The notes under the pieces are model-generated. The model was not told the origin of the DNA, made no database searches, and was given only the letters and a program-made list of their open reading frames with translations. The position numbers and the translations under genes were made by a program. Below, in pieces: positions 1 to 13,495 of a stretch of DNA of 64,000 bases. Every line of letters starts with the position of its first letter. Position 1 is the first letter of the stretch. The stretch is from Perna viridis (taxonomy: Eukaryota): the NCBI GenBank assembly GCA_037379345.1, contig CM074524.1, forward strand, positions 7,165,635 through 7,229,634, in the 5' to 3' direction.

Positions 1-248
1 ATTTTCCTTTCCTCGTTCTTCTACCCTTGACTTGACTTTTTCTAAGCAACTCGGCGGTTGTTCTAGAAAAGCAGAGGACGCTTACCCTACCGGTGAACCT
101 GGTCCATGTTCCCAGTGCTTAGTGGAGTCCGAGTTGCTCATTTGCTTTTAGTTACTTCATGTCCTTTGTTGTGTATGTCTGATTTTCATGTCCAGTCTTT
201 GATATTATTTTGATTACCGCTACAGCCTTGGTTCCCTTAATTATTCTT
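1..248 (+). mobile_element. PLE 3' UTR copy
   Basis: agcaactcggcgg..ctagaaaagcagaggacgcttaccctaccgg..ccgagttgctca..ttggttccct. Confidence 0.85.
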
Positions 249-1454
249 TAATAGTTAGCATGTATAGATTGGTTCTTAAAACGAAATAATGTAATTTAAT
301 CTTTAAAAAGTTGATTTGTTGATGTCCTTCATTTTTTGTAACTGTTTTGAAAATGTTTTCTTCGGCATATTTTGAGAGCATGTCAATATTTCAGTACAAA
401 CGTATTTTTATCTTCCTAGAAGTCGCTTAGGCTCTTGGCAAAAATAATTTGTAACTTTCACTATGTGTATTTTTGTATTGAACTGATATGATAAACATAT
501 TTAAAAACACATAAAAACTCAGGGATTAATGGATTCAAAGACTTCCATAATATTGGCAGACGTTGACAGCATTCATCTCAATTTACTTAAATAGCAAACA
601 ATAATGTGATGGTGTAACATTATACCAGTTAAAATGATACGCACAGTTATTTTTTAAATTAGTATTTCTTTACATTATTTACACTTTTTGAATTGGGACA
701 TACAGTACAACAATACTTGAAATGTGGACAAGTAACAGAGATGTATACTTTAAAAGCGTTTTTCATCAGACAAAAAGCTAGGTGCCACCTTTGGCTTCGT
801 TATTTTTTACCGATAATTACCTCCATCGTTCTCATTTGTCTATCAATAAATGTCTACAATGTAATAACATTGTACGTAAGTATGACTGTTAAAATTGAAC
901 ACAATTTAGTCGTCGGAGTCAAATGCTTTCAGCAAGAGAATTTTCGCATCAAAAGTAAATTTAGATCTTGCCCCGTGTTAAGAACCGCAATGGGAAAAAA
1001 ACCGCAAAGGATCAATATTTTTCGACTACATGTATATACATGTAGCAATCAAAATGTATACTCAAATCCAATTATAACTGAGAGAATGGATTTTTGTTCT
1101 TTAGCTTCAATGTGTTTGGTAATCGCGAAAATTAGTACCCGTGAATTCGATTTTAACACGCTTATCATATTTTTGATACCGCGAAAAATGTAACCCGCAA
1201 ATATGTTTACTTGATTCCTCGAAAATAAGCAACATACAATTACATGAAGGACATTGTGTCATTATAGTTGATATTGTAAGATTGTTATAGGTGGTTACAA
1301 TTTTATTTTTTTACGTTATCAAATTTTGTTTACATAAAAAAGTCTTGGTAAAATATGACACAGGAGTAAACGTTATAACAACATACTTCACGCGCACCAA
1401 CTTATTATGTACTAAAAAGAAATTCCCATGTAGATCCGTGATTGATATACTCAC

Positions 1455-1592
1455 CCCAACCAAATAGGCTGCATTTTAACAGAAACTTGGAGAAGTAAGT
1501 ATTGTAAACTTTAATAAGAACAAGGTACATGTAGAATGCTTCAACTAACATCCAGCGGACAATATAACGTAGTGTAGAGATGCTGCAATGAT
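1455..1592 (-). pseudogene. aGPCR exon: TM3-TM4 (frameshifted)
   Basis: IIAASLHYVILSA / frameshift / WMLVEAFYMYLVLIKVYNTYFSKFLLKCSLFGWG|gtgagt; no AG before ATC ATT. Confidence 0.88.
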
Positions 1593-2509
1593 ATTTATAT
1601 AATCTGTATATCTTCATTTTTTTATATTCTAACATCTTTCACGTTGTGACTAGTTTTTCGTATAATAATTCTAGATTTACACATGACAGAGTTATCTCCC
1701 TTTGTCCACCATTTGCGTAGGTATATTTATATAGCCACAATAGTGAAGATCAAGTCTTATTTTTTACTAAATTATTTCCTGACCAAATTTTACACAATGT
1801 AGAGGTTGATTTTTAGCTGAATTTGATACGTATCCTCGAGGTCATATTTTTGTCTCATCCGATATAGAAACATATTTTGACAAAAACACAGAATAAATAA
1901 ATTTCCCCATTGATCCTATGTTAAAATAACTACCGACAAGGCAGATTACTCTTGCATTATGCTTTAATTATGTCTTGTGGCCCCGGCATGTGTAAATAGG
2001 GAATTGCTTTTTGAAGAAAGCAATTATGTCAAAACAATAGAAATGACAGTGTTTCCTACCAATTTCTGAAAATAATGAGTACGCTATTTTTTTTAACACT
2101 AAATGTCTTGTATAATTTTAGTAGTTTCATTTTGATTTGTTATATATTATCTACGATCTAGAATTTGTAGCAGTACAAAATTCAAGAGCCCTTAAATATT
2201 AAGGCTCAACTCATTGTAATGTTATTTGTAATAATTCTCGATTATGGATCATGGATTTGGCATTTGGCTTCTTTTTCCGAATTTGTTTTCTTTGAGTTTT
2301 CCATTTTTCGGTTTATCATTTTCACAAGACTCAAATCGACCTCCTTCCCCCTTTTTTCTTAAAGTGGATTTAAATTTAAACTCGTTTTCAGGTCATTTGA
2401 AAATAACGGGAAATTACAAATCAACGGGTAATTTTCGAGGTGAATATGTGCCTTATTTAATTAACTTGCTTTTGTCAAATAGTTATGTTAATGCAGATGC
2501 GTTACATAC

Positions 2510-2633
2510 CTTACAAAATATATCATGGTTGACCGCATGTTTCTGAATACCAATCAAAAATATAACGTTTGTCATTGCCAAAACAATACACAAATTGATC
2601 AGTATCTTTGATGGGGGTTTTCTCCGCAGTTTC
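2510..2633 (-). pseudogene. aGPCR exon: TM2
   Basis: gttgcag|G KLRRKPPSKILINLCIVLAMTNVIFLIGIQKHAVNHDIFCK|gtatgt. Confidence 0.9.
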
Positions 2634-2698
2634 CTGCAACAATTTGTTTAAAAACATAAATATTTGGAAGGACTTCACATAAGGACAAAATAACATTT

Positions 2699-2785
2699 AA
2701 AGAATAATCAATGGAACCAAAGGTTATAGTGGTAATCAAAGGAAGGTTATCTAGGGACAAAGACCAAACATGGAAAACAAACATA
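2699..2785 (-). mobile_element. PLE 3' end fragment (diverged)
   Basis: gaataatcaatggaaccaaaggttatagtggtaatcaaa..gggacaaagaccaaacatggaaaac. Confidence 0.7.
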
Positions 2786-3403
2786 TTTATGTAAATATAT
2801 AAATATTCTTTGTCAAAATTCATTAAAAAGGAAACATGAAACAAATAACATAAATAATACGACAGATGACATAATATAGAGGTATCTTACTTAATAAAAA
2901 CGACTGTATTTACCAATAGATGAAACAAACGTCAACTCTGGTATGTTGTTTGAGTATCGCAGAAAAGAAATGATAGACATAAGAGTATTGTACTCTTATA
3001 ATAGAAATTTTATATAAAGGTATATATTTTTCTTAATACTGTGCCCTGTCTGCATGTTGACCTATATATTTAAACAAAACGTGTTATTCTCGATAGATAA
3101 GGTTGCAGAGGTCGTATACGTATCATGCGAAACTTTTAAAATTAAATGTCGAAAACAACTTAAATGGATCACATGCAAAGGTCACCTTATGGTTGCACAA
3201 AAAAGGTAAAAAATTATATTTTTTTAGGAATGGTTCATAAGAATACATACATCCTGAAATTTGATTATCAACTTTTTTAGCAATACATTGCCAGTGTTTT
3301 TCGCTACATTCTAGCACTATAGGTTCTTATTTTAAATATTGATTTCAAAAATGTAATGTCGTTATCTCCTGTTTTCTCTATCTTTGGTGATTTAACTAAT
3401 AAC

Positions 3404-3591
3404 AGAGTAATCAAGGGAAACAAGATTCTAGCGGAAATCAAAAGAATGTAATCCAGGGACGAAGACCAGATATGGAAAACACATCAAAAGTATTAAATAA
3501 CAAATAAATACATAGAAAGGAACAAACGTAAATGAATAACTCAGACTCTGCTATAAACTGGGAGCATGGATAATGTGCACCGGTAGGGTAG
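3404..3591 (-). mobile_element. PLE 3' UTR copy (diverged)
   Basis: agagtaatcaagggaaacaag..ctgggagcatgga..gtgcaccggtagggtag. Confidence 0.8.
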
Positions 3592-3645
3592 CTACATAAA
3601 TAAATATTTTATGTATACTAATGAATGCAATGCACGTGTACTCAC

Positions 3646-3762
3646 CTGCGTGATTAGAGTGAGTACTAACCCCAGTAGAGATACACCACAGCCAATATAG
3701 GATATAAACGTCAAGGCCGCACGGTTTGCATTGCTCAACCTATTTCTAGTCTGATAAATATC
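3646..3762 (-). pseudogene. aGPCR exon: TM1
   Basis: aaacag|DIYQTRNRLSNANRAALTFISYIGCGVSLLGLVLTLITQ|gtgagt; ends in phase 0 whereas the next exon needs phase 2. Confidence 0.9.
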
Positions 3763-5553
3763 CTGTTTATAATGAATATCATTATAATGATATATTATTC
3801 ATTAACTGTTATAGTATCCCTTCAGATGACACTAACACTGGGCCAATACAGAATAACTGATCCGATATCGATATTGCCGTGGTTCAGATCAGTCCAATAT
3901 GAAATTTTTAAGGAATGGTTTCGTCTTAAATTACCTAACGCTTAGCCGAAGAGACTATTTACATGTCGCAAATAAAAACAAAAAGACAAAAGAAATGGAA
4001 AAAAATGAGAGATGTTTTTGGTAGAAAATGACAGTCGATGTTCCGAGTCAATCTCCTCCGCAGAACTTAAACCATTTTCTGATTCATTACATATCATTCT
4101 CTAGCGTATATAATTTAATATACAGGATATCAAAAGATATTCACAACGTATGATCACTACTGATAACAAATCTGCAAAGCTACTTCCGTTGTACTGTACT
4201 AATTTACATAAAGATGCGTGGTTAAGTATTGGATGAGGCAGAGAAATAAAGCTTTGAAATAGCGAATATACCTTCTACGTGAGATATTGGAAAACACGCT
4301 CGATCCTACAACATGGTCATGATGAGGATTTGGTCTTAACAGTTGAATATTTATTGAAAAGTTTATAATTGGAGACATAGGACAAGATTCCGTATAGTTT
4401 TGGAAACGGGCATCTTCATCCTAGAATACAGATAATAAACAACATTACGTCGTGTCAAGATCTTGAATCCGTCGACAAACACAGAGGTAAATCTGAAATA
4501 CCCATAGAGTTAGGATGCATTCTGCCTCGTTTCTTACTTAGTGGTCAGAAAGAGAGATAATGATAAATATTGAATTCAATACACGTATTTCTTCTAAACA
4601 ACAGAAGTTTTTTTCGATCAACTGTTATATAATAAAAAAAATATTCATATTTAACGATATCCCCATTCAAGGCATCTTATTTTCATTTCTTAGTTATTAA
4701 ACGTTAAGATGATATATGGCATTGTTATTGGTCCTAGGTCAGCTGTTCTGGCATACAACAAGCATCGGGTCAGATACTTGGTCAATAGAGAAATTACACA
4801 TAGAAATATTATTTATAATAATTTCTAAATTAATTTCAATGGAACATCCCTAGAAAGCAACCGGTTATTATATCCTTGAATTTGCATGGAAGCTATGATT
4901 TAACTTCGACAAAAGAACTGAAGCGTTCCTAATTTTATTCGACAACATTACCTTGTTGTCAAGTGTTAACACAAAGCATCAACCTCGTGTAATGAAATAT
5001 CTGTTTGGAACCACATTTACGTATATAAATGCAATAACACTGTTATTTTAACTAACTCTCTAATTAAAGCACATACCTCATATTTTTGAAAAATGAAATA
5101 ACTAAATTGTCTATACTGAATATTGACGTAATTGCATTTCTCAAACTTTTTGAAGATGTACATATAACAAACGAAGATATTCATTTCTGCAATTGTTAAT
5201 TCACTCTCGTAATCAAGTCGAGCACTTTTCAATTCAAACTTTTCAAGGTTAAGGTCGAATTACAATGTTCAACACAATGCCATCCCCCCAAATTTGTCAC
5301 CATTCACCAAAAAGGTTACCTATTGAGTGATTGTACACTAAATGGCAGGATAATCATTACCATAATAAAGTACAAAAACATACCTAATTGTACCATGCTT
5401 TTTTTCTAACAAAATTGATAACGAAAGAAGTTTGATTGAATTTTTTTAAAATATTTTTGTAGATAAATACAAGGTGCATTGGGTAGTTAACAGAATGAAA
5501 ACGTATAAAAATATAGCAAAAATAACATTCAATTCTTCGTCTTATGTAATTAC

Positions 5554-5703
5554 CATCAGTAACGCAAAATTTGTGAAATGGTTGCATTCACAGTACGTGT
5601 GACTACCTGGCATATGGTTTGTAACATTACATCCCCCGGTTGACCACACAAGATCTGACGCACCCTTTGTAACGATGTAAGCGCATTGTGGATTGTCCGA
5701 ATT
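5554..5703 (-). pseudogene. aGPCR exon: GPS motif and Stachel
   Basis: ttgttttag|NSDNPQCAYIVTKGASDLVWSTGGCNVTNHMPGSHTYCECNHFTNFALLM|gtaatt; 150 bp, phase 0-0; not in the ORF track. Confidence 0.93.
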
Positions 5704-6425
5704 CTAAAACAAAGAAATAAACAACAGATAATTTATACTTTATTTTTAGGACCTTCGGAAATGTTTTATTGGGTGAGTGTTACTCAAAGTCAAATTGATG
5801 GAAAAATTGTTTGTTATGCATGTCTACCTAACAGACATAAGCAGATAAAAAAGGATTTGGAATACATGCGGCAAACAAACTGGAATGAAAGCAAAAATTG
5901 ACATAACAACTTTATTTCTTCTTACCAGTAATTGAAATTTAATTTTTACAAAGTTTATCAAGGATAATTGCCGAATGGTTTCAAATTATAGCAAAAACAG
6001 CAAAGCAAAAAATAAAAGTTAATGTTTAAAATAGTGAAAATAAAAAGAAACTGGAAGTTGGTGTCGCTTTAGTGTAAAATCAAATCCCATTTTTCAACAT
6101 AATTATATAAAGCTTGTCCAATGTAGGAAGTACTGAGAAAACTGTATGAAAATACAAACAAATGAACACTGTAATCATTAGATATCACCTGCAAAGTAGT
6201 ATTGAATGACACAGATGCAGTTATAAAGCCACACTGAGCAGCAAAACGTCTAGACGTATAGACCAGCAACACCAGGATGTTCTCCGTCCTATTTTAAAAG
6301 TATTTTAAAACATGTAACGAAATCATTCATTTTAACGACTATAAACCTGAGACAAAGAGATTGATATTTACATGACTAACTTTTTAATTCTGAAAGAATT
6401 ATTTACCAAAATATAATTTGAAGAA

Positions 6426-9151
6426 CTTGAAATGTTTGAATCTAAACACTACGGGGTACTGAAGGTTCCTTACATCTGTTTTCTGTAAAATGGCAGATAT
6501 GACCAGTCCGTTTACTTTATTTGGTGCATCTACGTTGGACGTCGATAGGTTAGTGTCGTCTATAACCTGTCACAAAAGGTTAGAACACTGATCCCATTAT
6601 CTATACAGAATAAACAACTTTTGAGATGTGTATAATTTCATATTTTCACAAAAAAAACTCATTTTTGATTACTTTGTTACATTATTAAATAAAGTTTACA
6701 TTATTACATTCTTCTGCATTTTAGTGTATTGTCTTTTCTCAATTGAAATCTAACTGTGGAATCTAAAACGCTTTTCAACCAATTTCCAAATTATTTGCAT
6801 TCAAATTCTCCATCCCAATGTGAAATAACCATTTTCTGTCCTTCGACTTATTATAGAAAGGAAAGGAGATGCGGCGATAAAGGGTCTTATTGGCCTAAAA
6901 TGCAACTGAAAATCATAAAGTGTTGAATGGTTTAATAGTGAATTTACAGACTTTAATCCATCAGAAAGGAGAAAACATAAAGACTTTTCTGTGAAACCAC
7001 CATTTTAAAAGTATCGTTATTTTCTTTAAATTGGCAGCTACAGAATTAACTGAGTATTGAAAAAATGAAGTTTTGATTTATTTCTTAGATTTGAAATCAT
7101 GCAAATCTCCCGTCAAGAATACAAAATTTGCAAAAAATGTTCTACTTTTTAATACATTTGAAAGACATTATTATCATGAATTAAATGTTTAAAACATTTT
7201 TGTCATTTCAAGTTCTTTATTATAATATTCATATTTAATAATTATTTTTACAAACAATTGTTAGGAAACGTATTAAAATGAATTCGTAAACCTATTCAGT
7301 TGTGAAGAAAAAATTAGCGATGAATAACAAAACCATGACACATCCACATATAAGACTCTCTTTCAACAAAATACTGAAGGAATAATATTTTCATACAGTG
7401 GATGTTAAGGATTGTGTTATCTTTCACGAGTATAAGAAATTCAAGTCTTTGTTCGCGAGTGGAACGTAGCCTAACTAATAGAACGACCAATCGTTTCTCA
7501 AATTCGTGAAAGATAACTTGATCTTTGATCTTCAATTAGTATAAGCACCCATTTTCACTTGCAACTTGAATACCAATACTAACCGTGAATAGTTTAGTGT
7601 TACTATATATAGCAAATGCAAACTTCGATGATGTATTCAGAGTTGTATCAAAAATTGAAGATGGAACCACTACGCCAGAGTCCAGAGCAGAGATACCATC
7701 TCCTTCCTTAATTTCTATCTTTGAAAAAAAAATTAAACGTTATAACTGCAACTGCGTACCTATTTTGATAGGAGAGGTAAATCTATTGGTACAGATTTAA
7801 TGCCTATGATTCAAATTCAGCAATAACTCTTAATTTACTGAATTATGTTTCGTATTTATTTTGACATGTTACATTGCAATTTATTAATGTCTCATGAAAC
7901 ACGGGGTAAGTGTATCAACCGTCCGTGCAATACTCGTAAGAGTAGCAAAGGACGTTAAAAACCCTTAGTACAGGGAAAGAAACTCATCGATACATAATAG
8001 TTTCATGCTTATGATTCAATTTCAGCAAGAAATCAAAATTAAAAATCAAAATTATTGTAATTATGGGTTTCAGGAACAATTTGTTTTAATGAGTAACCGA
8101 GTTATTTTTTATCATGTCCTGAATCTTTTTTTTAAATGCTACTGTTAACAAAGGGCATATTAGACACCAGGAAAACCACTTTCGTAGAATTTCTTGGTGC
8201 AAAAGTTGGCTTTCTTTTTCGAATGTGTTGGTTTGAAATTTAGTGTAAACAATTGATTTTAACTTTGCATTTCGTTCTTATCCTGCAGATGAGGGATGAC
8301 TTCTTGAAACACGTGTACGGCACACCAAAATGTATCATATTTATATATTTGGTGTTTTTGTATTGAACCCGTTAATTATCAACTTCTGAATATGATCACA
8401 CCATTGAACCCATATAACGAATAAGGTTTATATATCCATACCTTATCTGTTAATGATGTACCAGCCTTCAATATTGCATTAACGATAACTCCATTAAATC
8501 TATTAGGATCCGTTTGTCGAACAAGTAGAGCAAGATTTTCATGAACAACAGAGAAGTTATCGCTAGATGTAGCAATATTATTGGCGAGAATGTTCATTGA
8601 AACTGACCACCTCTTTGCAGACGTACTTAATGTGGTGGACCTAGGGGAAGGGACATAACTCTTTAATTTCGGTGATATGTTTGTATCATATTCAATTTCA
8701 CCAAAGCCTATTAAGCTTTCGTTTGAAACAGAACGAAATCAGTCCAAGTTAGTTTGATGCTTACATAAGATTTATGTAAATTGCTGATTACAAACGTTCC
8801 AATGATTTGTAAGAGTTGTGTCCCTTACTCTAGGTCTACCTCCTTAATACTAAAAGTAATCATATTTTTCTCATATCATCGTTTACTTTAAATCAGATAA
8901 AAACACAAAGTGATATTAACCTTTCAGATGATTAGTTTGTTTTTTTTTTTTAGAAATTGCATCATCTCGAAGGTTGAGTAAATTACTCAAACTTTCGACC
9001 ATTTCCTCAATCATTGATTTATTCGAAAATACAGATTTGTCATCTAAAATATGTTCTATAACATTCAAAGATAAGGACACATCAGAACTAGTGAATTGTG
9101 GTGACTCTTTTGTGAGCAACAGCAAATCTATCTGAACATTGGCTGCATTGG
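6426..9151 (-). pseudogene. aGPCR exons 9151-8921, 8610-8442, 7718-7584, 6566-6426: GAIN domain
   Basis: ..FTSSDVSLSLNVIEHIL..MVESLSNLLNL.. | ..NFSVVHENLALLVRQ.. | ..VVVPSSIF..FAFAIYSNTKLFT | ..VNGLVISAILQKTDVRNLQYPVVFRFKH; frameshift at the end of 9151-8921 and no in-phase GT after 6426. Confidence 0.85.
8631..8843. mobile_element. ~212-bp MITE, TTAA-flanked (Kolobok-like termini)
   Basis: Imperfect ~32-bp TIR GGAGGTAGACCTAGGGTAAGGGACATAACTC / GAGTTGTGTCCCTTACCCTAGGTCTACCTCC, TTAA on both sides. Confidence 0.85.
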
Positions 9152-9605
9152 CTGTAAAACAAATTAACTTTTTTAACAAAATGCCATTCTTATAAATTAA
9201 TAAATTGGAGCACAAACTCACTCAGTTTTTAAGCTATAATGATTAAGACAAATCGAATTTTATGACTATGACAAAAATTCTATAATCATAAACATGACCT
9301 TCTGTGACTTTAGAATTTCGTAGAGGATTTGACACCTCATCAATCATTTATTATTGACACCTCATGGAACTTTTCTATTTCTTCTTATTAAAGCAAAGAT
9401 CTTTGCTTTTACGACAATGGTTTCTTATTTTTAGGTATAGAGTAGCAGATTCGAAACATGTTTCATGACCATCGAAAGTACAGATACACTTATAAAAAAA
9501 ATAAATCGGAGACATACAAATTTGAAAATGCTTTTTATTGATTGCGTGTGCTTGCATGTTCTATGTCATACATTTTATGATTTTAAGGCCGGTACCTCTT
9601 ATTAA

Positions 9606-10206
9606 TCTATCGAAACTGCTTTGTTACTTGTCTGACGCGCTAAGCAACATCCTGCAGCTAAGAATGTAACTTGGATACTCCATCTCAAAGCCAACTAGTC
9701 GTCATCGATCGAACCTGCTTTGTTACTTGTCTGACGCGCTAAGCAACATCCTGCAGCTAAGCATGTAACTCGGATACTCCATCTCAAAGCCAACTAGTCG
9801 TCATCGATCGTACCTGCTTTGTTACTGGTCTGACGCGCTAAGCAACATCCTGCAGGTAAGCATGTAACTCGGATACTCCCTCTCAAAGCCAACTAGTCGT
9901 CATCGATCGAACCTGCTTTGTTACTTGTCTGACGCGCTAAGCAACATCCTGCAGCTAAGCATGTAACTCGGATACTCCCTCTCAAAGCCAACTAGTCGTC
10001 ATTGATCGAACCTGCTTTGTTACTTTTCTGACACGATAAGCAACATCCTCTAGGTAAGCATGTAACTCGGATAGTCCTTCTCAAAACCATGTAGTCGTCA
10101 TCTATCGAACCTGCTTTGTTACTTGTCTGACGGGCTAAGCAACATCCTGCAGGTAACCATGCAATTCGGATACTCCCACTCAAAGCCAACTAGTAGTCAT
10201 TCTATC
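9606..10206. repeat. 99-bp x 6 tandem array
   Basis: Unit atcgaacctgctttgttacttgtctgacgcgctaagcaacatcctgcagctaagcatgtaactcggatactccatctcaaagccaactagtcgtcatcg; register points 9608, 9707, 9806, 9905, 10004, 10103. Confidence 0.95.
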
Positions 10207-10723
10207 TCCGGAGATGAAGCGAATACCAATTTTATAGTGTACAAATTATGTACCTCCCACCCTGCAATCACGTTACCACGAGAACAAATAGCAGTTACTA
10301 AGCACCACTCTGAGTAAGAATCAGGCAATGAATGGCACATATTGTTGCTCAATTTGATCTTTTATTCCTCAAATACATTCAAAACATCTTTAAAAACAAC
10401 CAAAAAAGCTATTTATTTATTTCCCGAAGCATCAATGACTTAGACATTTGTTTTACTGCTTCAATAGGGAAAAGGTACGGGAAAATTGTTCCGCTTTTTT
10501 AAAGTTCATTTCAACAAAATTTGACCTATCAATATCTAAGAAGACAAACGTTTCAAAAAATTAAATGGTTATTTTTGGTAATGTAATTGAATAATGCAAT
10601 AAAACATCTGCAGTTATTTTTCTTCGTGTGCCTCACCTTATACACAGTTTGCCTGATCTTTAGAAAGAGAAGTGCTTAAAGTGTTCTTTTCTACATTGTA
10701 ATATATCATTATATACATATTAC

Positions 10724-12374
10724 TGCTAGTTACGTTAGTCTTTGAAAGATTCTCCAAAGTCCTGGTGTAAATGCTGTTATAAGGACAACCGGAATAATCT
10801 GGCACTCCCCATTCAGCATTGCTGGCATTTTCCATCATGCTGAAACTAAACAAATATATTGGAATGAATTACCTTAGTAACAGGATTTTAGAAAAAAAAT
10901 AGTTTGTAGAATCTCACTGCTACATCTGATTTTTCTTAAATGCAGAAAACGCTATGATTTAACGAGGCGACGATAATTCTTCTTGACATGTGTATTTTTG
11001 TAGCTATTTCTCACATTTAAACTTTTCATGGTTTGGTAATTCAGAACAACCTCAATGTTATTATTTTCTTTGTTTATTTTTTCTTTATATTCCATTTAAG
11101 GAGGTAGACCTAGGGTAAGGGACATAACTCGTGAAATCAGTGATATGTTTGTATTATATTCAATTTCACCAAAGCCTATCAAGATTTCATTTGACACAGA
11201 ATGAAATCAATCTAAGTTACTTAGATCCTTATATGGCATTGATGTAAAATGCTGAATACAAACGTTCCAATGACTCTTAGGAGTTGTGTCCCTTACCCTA
11301 GGACTACCTCCTTAAAAACGGATTTTGTATGTATGTTTGTTTTTTTTAAACATTGAAATATAGAAGGTGTTAAAATAAACTGTTATCTTCTAAGCAACCA
11401 CAAGGTTGCATTGTAATTCAAGTAAGAATATCTGATGTATATACCACATCTGTCTTTTTATATTAATGGGTGGCTAACATAAGCTGCATGTATTATGTAT
11501 GATGTGTCATCATATGCTTATAATTATGGTGATTGGTATAAATCTTGTATTTCTGTATTCAGTAATGATATTAACATAAAACATTGGACAAGTTCTCTTG
11601 TCAATATGGGGCTCCCGAATTTAATTATACATGTATTTTTGAAACATTTTACAATTGCAAGAATCTATGACTGTGTATAATCTGTGAAATAAGACAAACA
11701 ACTATTATGCTCATACATTCCTAAACCGACTGTTATCAAATATAGCTGGACCATTTTGGTATACTATAACAATAAACATCACAATTTGAAAAATGGATTC
11801 ACACAGAGTAAGACCTAGTGTTCATTACGTACACGTCTCGTCTTTTAAGGAAGAATCTGGCAAACTGGAAATAATATGAAATGTATACGCCATAAACCAA
11901 CAGATCCGACAAGAAATATCACGCATTGAAGTATGCTTCTTAACACAAAATTGCCACTGTTTGAGCTTTGCATAACATGTATATATGTTTTACATTAGAA
12001 CTTAAAAACTCAGAGTTTTGGAAAGACATGTGCCCCTTAAATACTCGTTCGAAGAGCATGTCTGGGAAATTACTTCTTTCTTTAATTATATAAAAGATTT
12101 TACTTTCGTTTCTTGATGTGAGTGTAACGAGAATAAGTATGGTGAATTTGTCAAAGAGAAAATAAAATCAACGCGATGAAAATGTCAGCCCAAGGCCACA
12201 TATTGGTCTTCAATGAACCACGAGGGAAAAAACAATAACATATTTACCACTTTCTGATTGCAAGAAATGCAAAATTGTTTGGGCAATCCACTGTTGCTGT
12301 TTTGCCAATATCAGTAGAAGGCCATTCAAATTCATCTTTGCTGTTATTGGTTATTTCAGAAGAACACTGCTGAT
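10724..12374 (-). pseudogene. aGPCR exons 12374-12248 and 10839-10724: hormone-receptor (HormR) domain
   Basis: DQQCSSEITNNSKDEFEWPSTDIGKTATVDCPNNFAFLAIRKC|MMENASNAEWGVPDYSGCPYNSIYTRTLENLSKTNVTS; canonical C..WP.T..G....C...R.C....W..PD.S.C. Confidence 0.88.
11100..11311. mobile_element. ~212-bp MITE, TTAA-flanked
   Basis: ttaa|ggaggtagacctagggtaagggacataactc...gagttgtgtcccttaccctaggactacctcc|ttaa. Confidence 0.9.
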
Positions 12375-12617
12375 CTACGACGAAGACAAATAACATTCTC
12401 ATTACAAGAAAAATCAATTTGGTATCATACTATGCGATCATTCAGTGGTGTGCTCATACACTTATATATATTATTTAGACGATCTTTAAAAAAACTATGG
12501 ACTTGGAAGTTTTTGTTTTTGATAAAAATACACATTGTACATTTTCAACAACTTTCGACGGACCCCGCGTTTTTCGTGAAAGAGAACTGCCTATACAGAA
12601 AAGGGTAACATAAAAAT

Positions 12618-12787
12618 TAGTTGCTGATCCAAGGGGTGCAGGGGCAGGCATCCCTCCTTTCAATAGGAAAATTTGTCATTTTCATTTGTAAAATTGACAG
12701 AAAATGGTAAATAATGTTCTTGTTCCAAATTTGTCTGAGGAACCCCGGCTGGCATCCTTTTTTTCAAAGTGTCTGGATCAGCCCCTA
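12618..12787. mobile_element. Degenerate hAT-like MITE
   Basis: tagttgctgatcca ... tggatcagccccta terminal inverted repeat. Confidence 0.55.
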
Positions 12788-13235
12788 AAAATGTAATGAT
12801 TACTTTGCATTGTCCTTTTTATCGTTTCAGTCCATTTCCTAATTTTTCACAGAAGACATCTACAGATACAAGGACGTTACACAAAATGCCCTTTCATTGA
12901 AATATTATTCAATTGGTTAATGCATTACACGCGTTCTGAAGTCTAAGAAGTACTCAAAATCAAAAATATTAAAATGGTAAACACTTTTGAGTGATATAAC
13001 TCAGCATTGCCGTAACATGTATGATCGAATGAACCCGAAAGGTTCTATATTTATTACCCAATAGTACAACATGGGTCTTTCCAATTCTGTATGAGGCCAA
13101 TTTTGGTAAACCATTGGTAATTTTGTCTTTGATATATTTGTCTTTGTATTCCTCTCGGGTCGTCAGGGCTATCTGAATGTCGACTACGACTCGTGGACCA
13201 CTGCATAAAACAAAGTAAGAGTAATAGTAATACAA

Positions 13236-13495
13236 TGAGAACCAAAAGTCTGACAGGAATTATAAAAATGTATTCCAGGGACAAAGACAGGACATGGGCA
13301 ATAGACACATACAATAGAAATATAGAATAACCAAAATGATACGAACAAAATAACAAAAGTAATTGAGCAACTCGGCCTTCACTCAAAAATGGGAGCATGG
13401 GCTAGGTGCATCGGTAGGGTAAACTTCATCTGACATACCCACAGAGTTGTTCGTAAAAAGTCAAGTTCGGAGTACACGAAAGAGGAAAGAAAATC
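13236..13495 (-). mobile_element. PLE 3' UTR copy (diverged)
   Basis: ccagggacaaagac..tgagcaactcgg..gggagcatgggctaggtgcatcggtagggtaa. Confidence 0.78.

Noticed and set aside
693-1193. 166-aa plus-strand ORF with a hydrophobic stretch
   Set aside because: Non-ATG start, no recognisable domain, overlaps a degenerate cgcgaaaat-type repeat, and is antisense to the aGPCR.
6189-6288. AG/GT-bounded minus-strand segment between the GAIN and GPS exons
   Set aside because: The GAIN exon joins the GPS exon without it, and no frame gives a convincing motif.
9606-10206. CRISPR-like appearance of the regular repeat array
   Set aside because: The units are contiguous 99-bp tandem copies with no unique spacers, there are no cas genes, and the context is eukaryotic.
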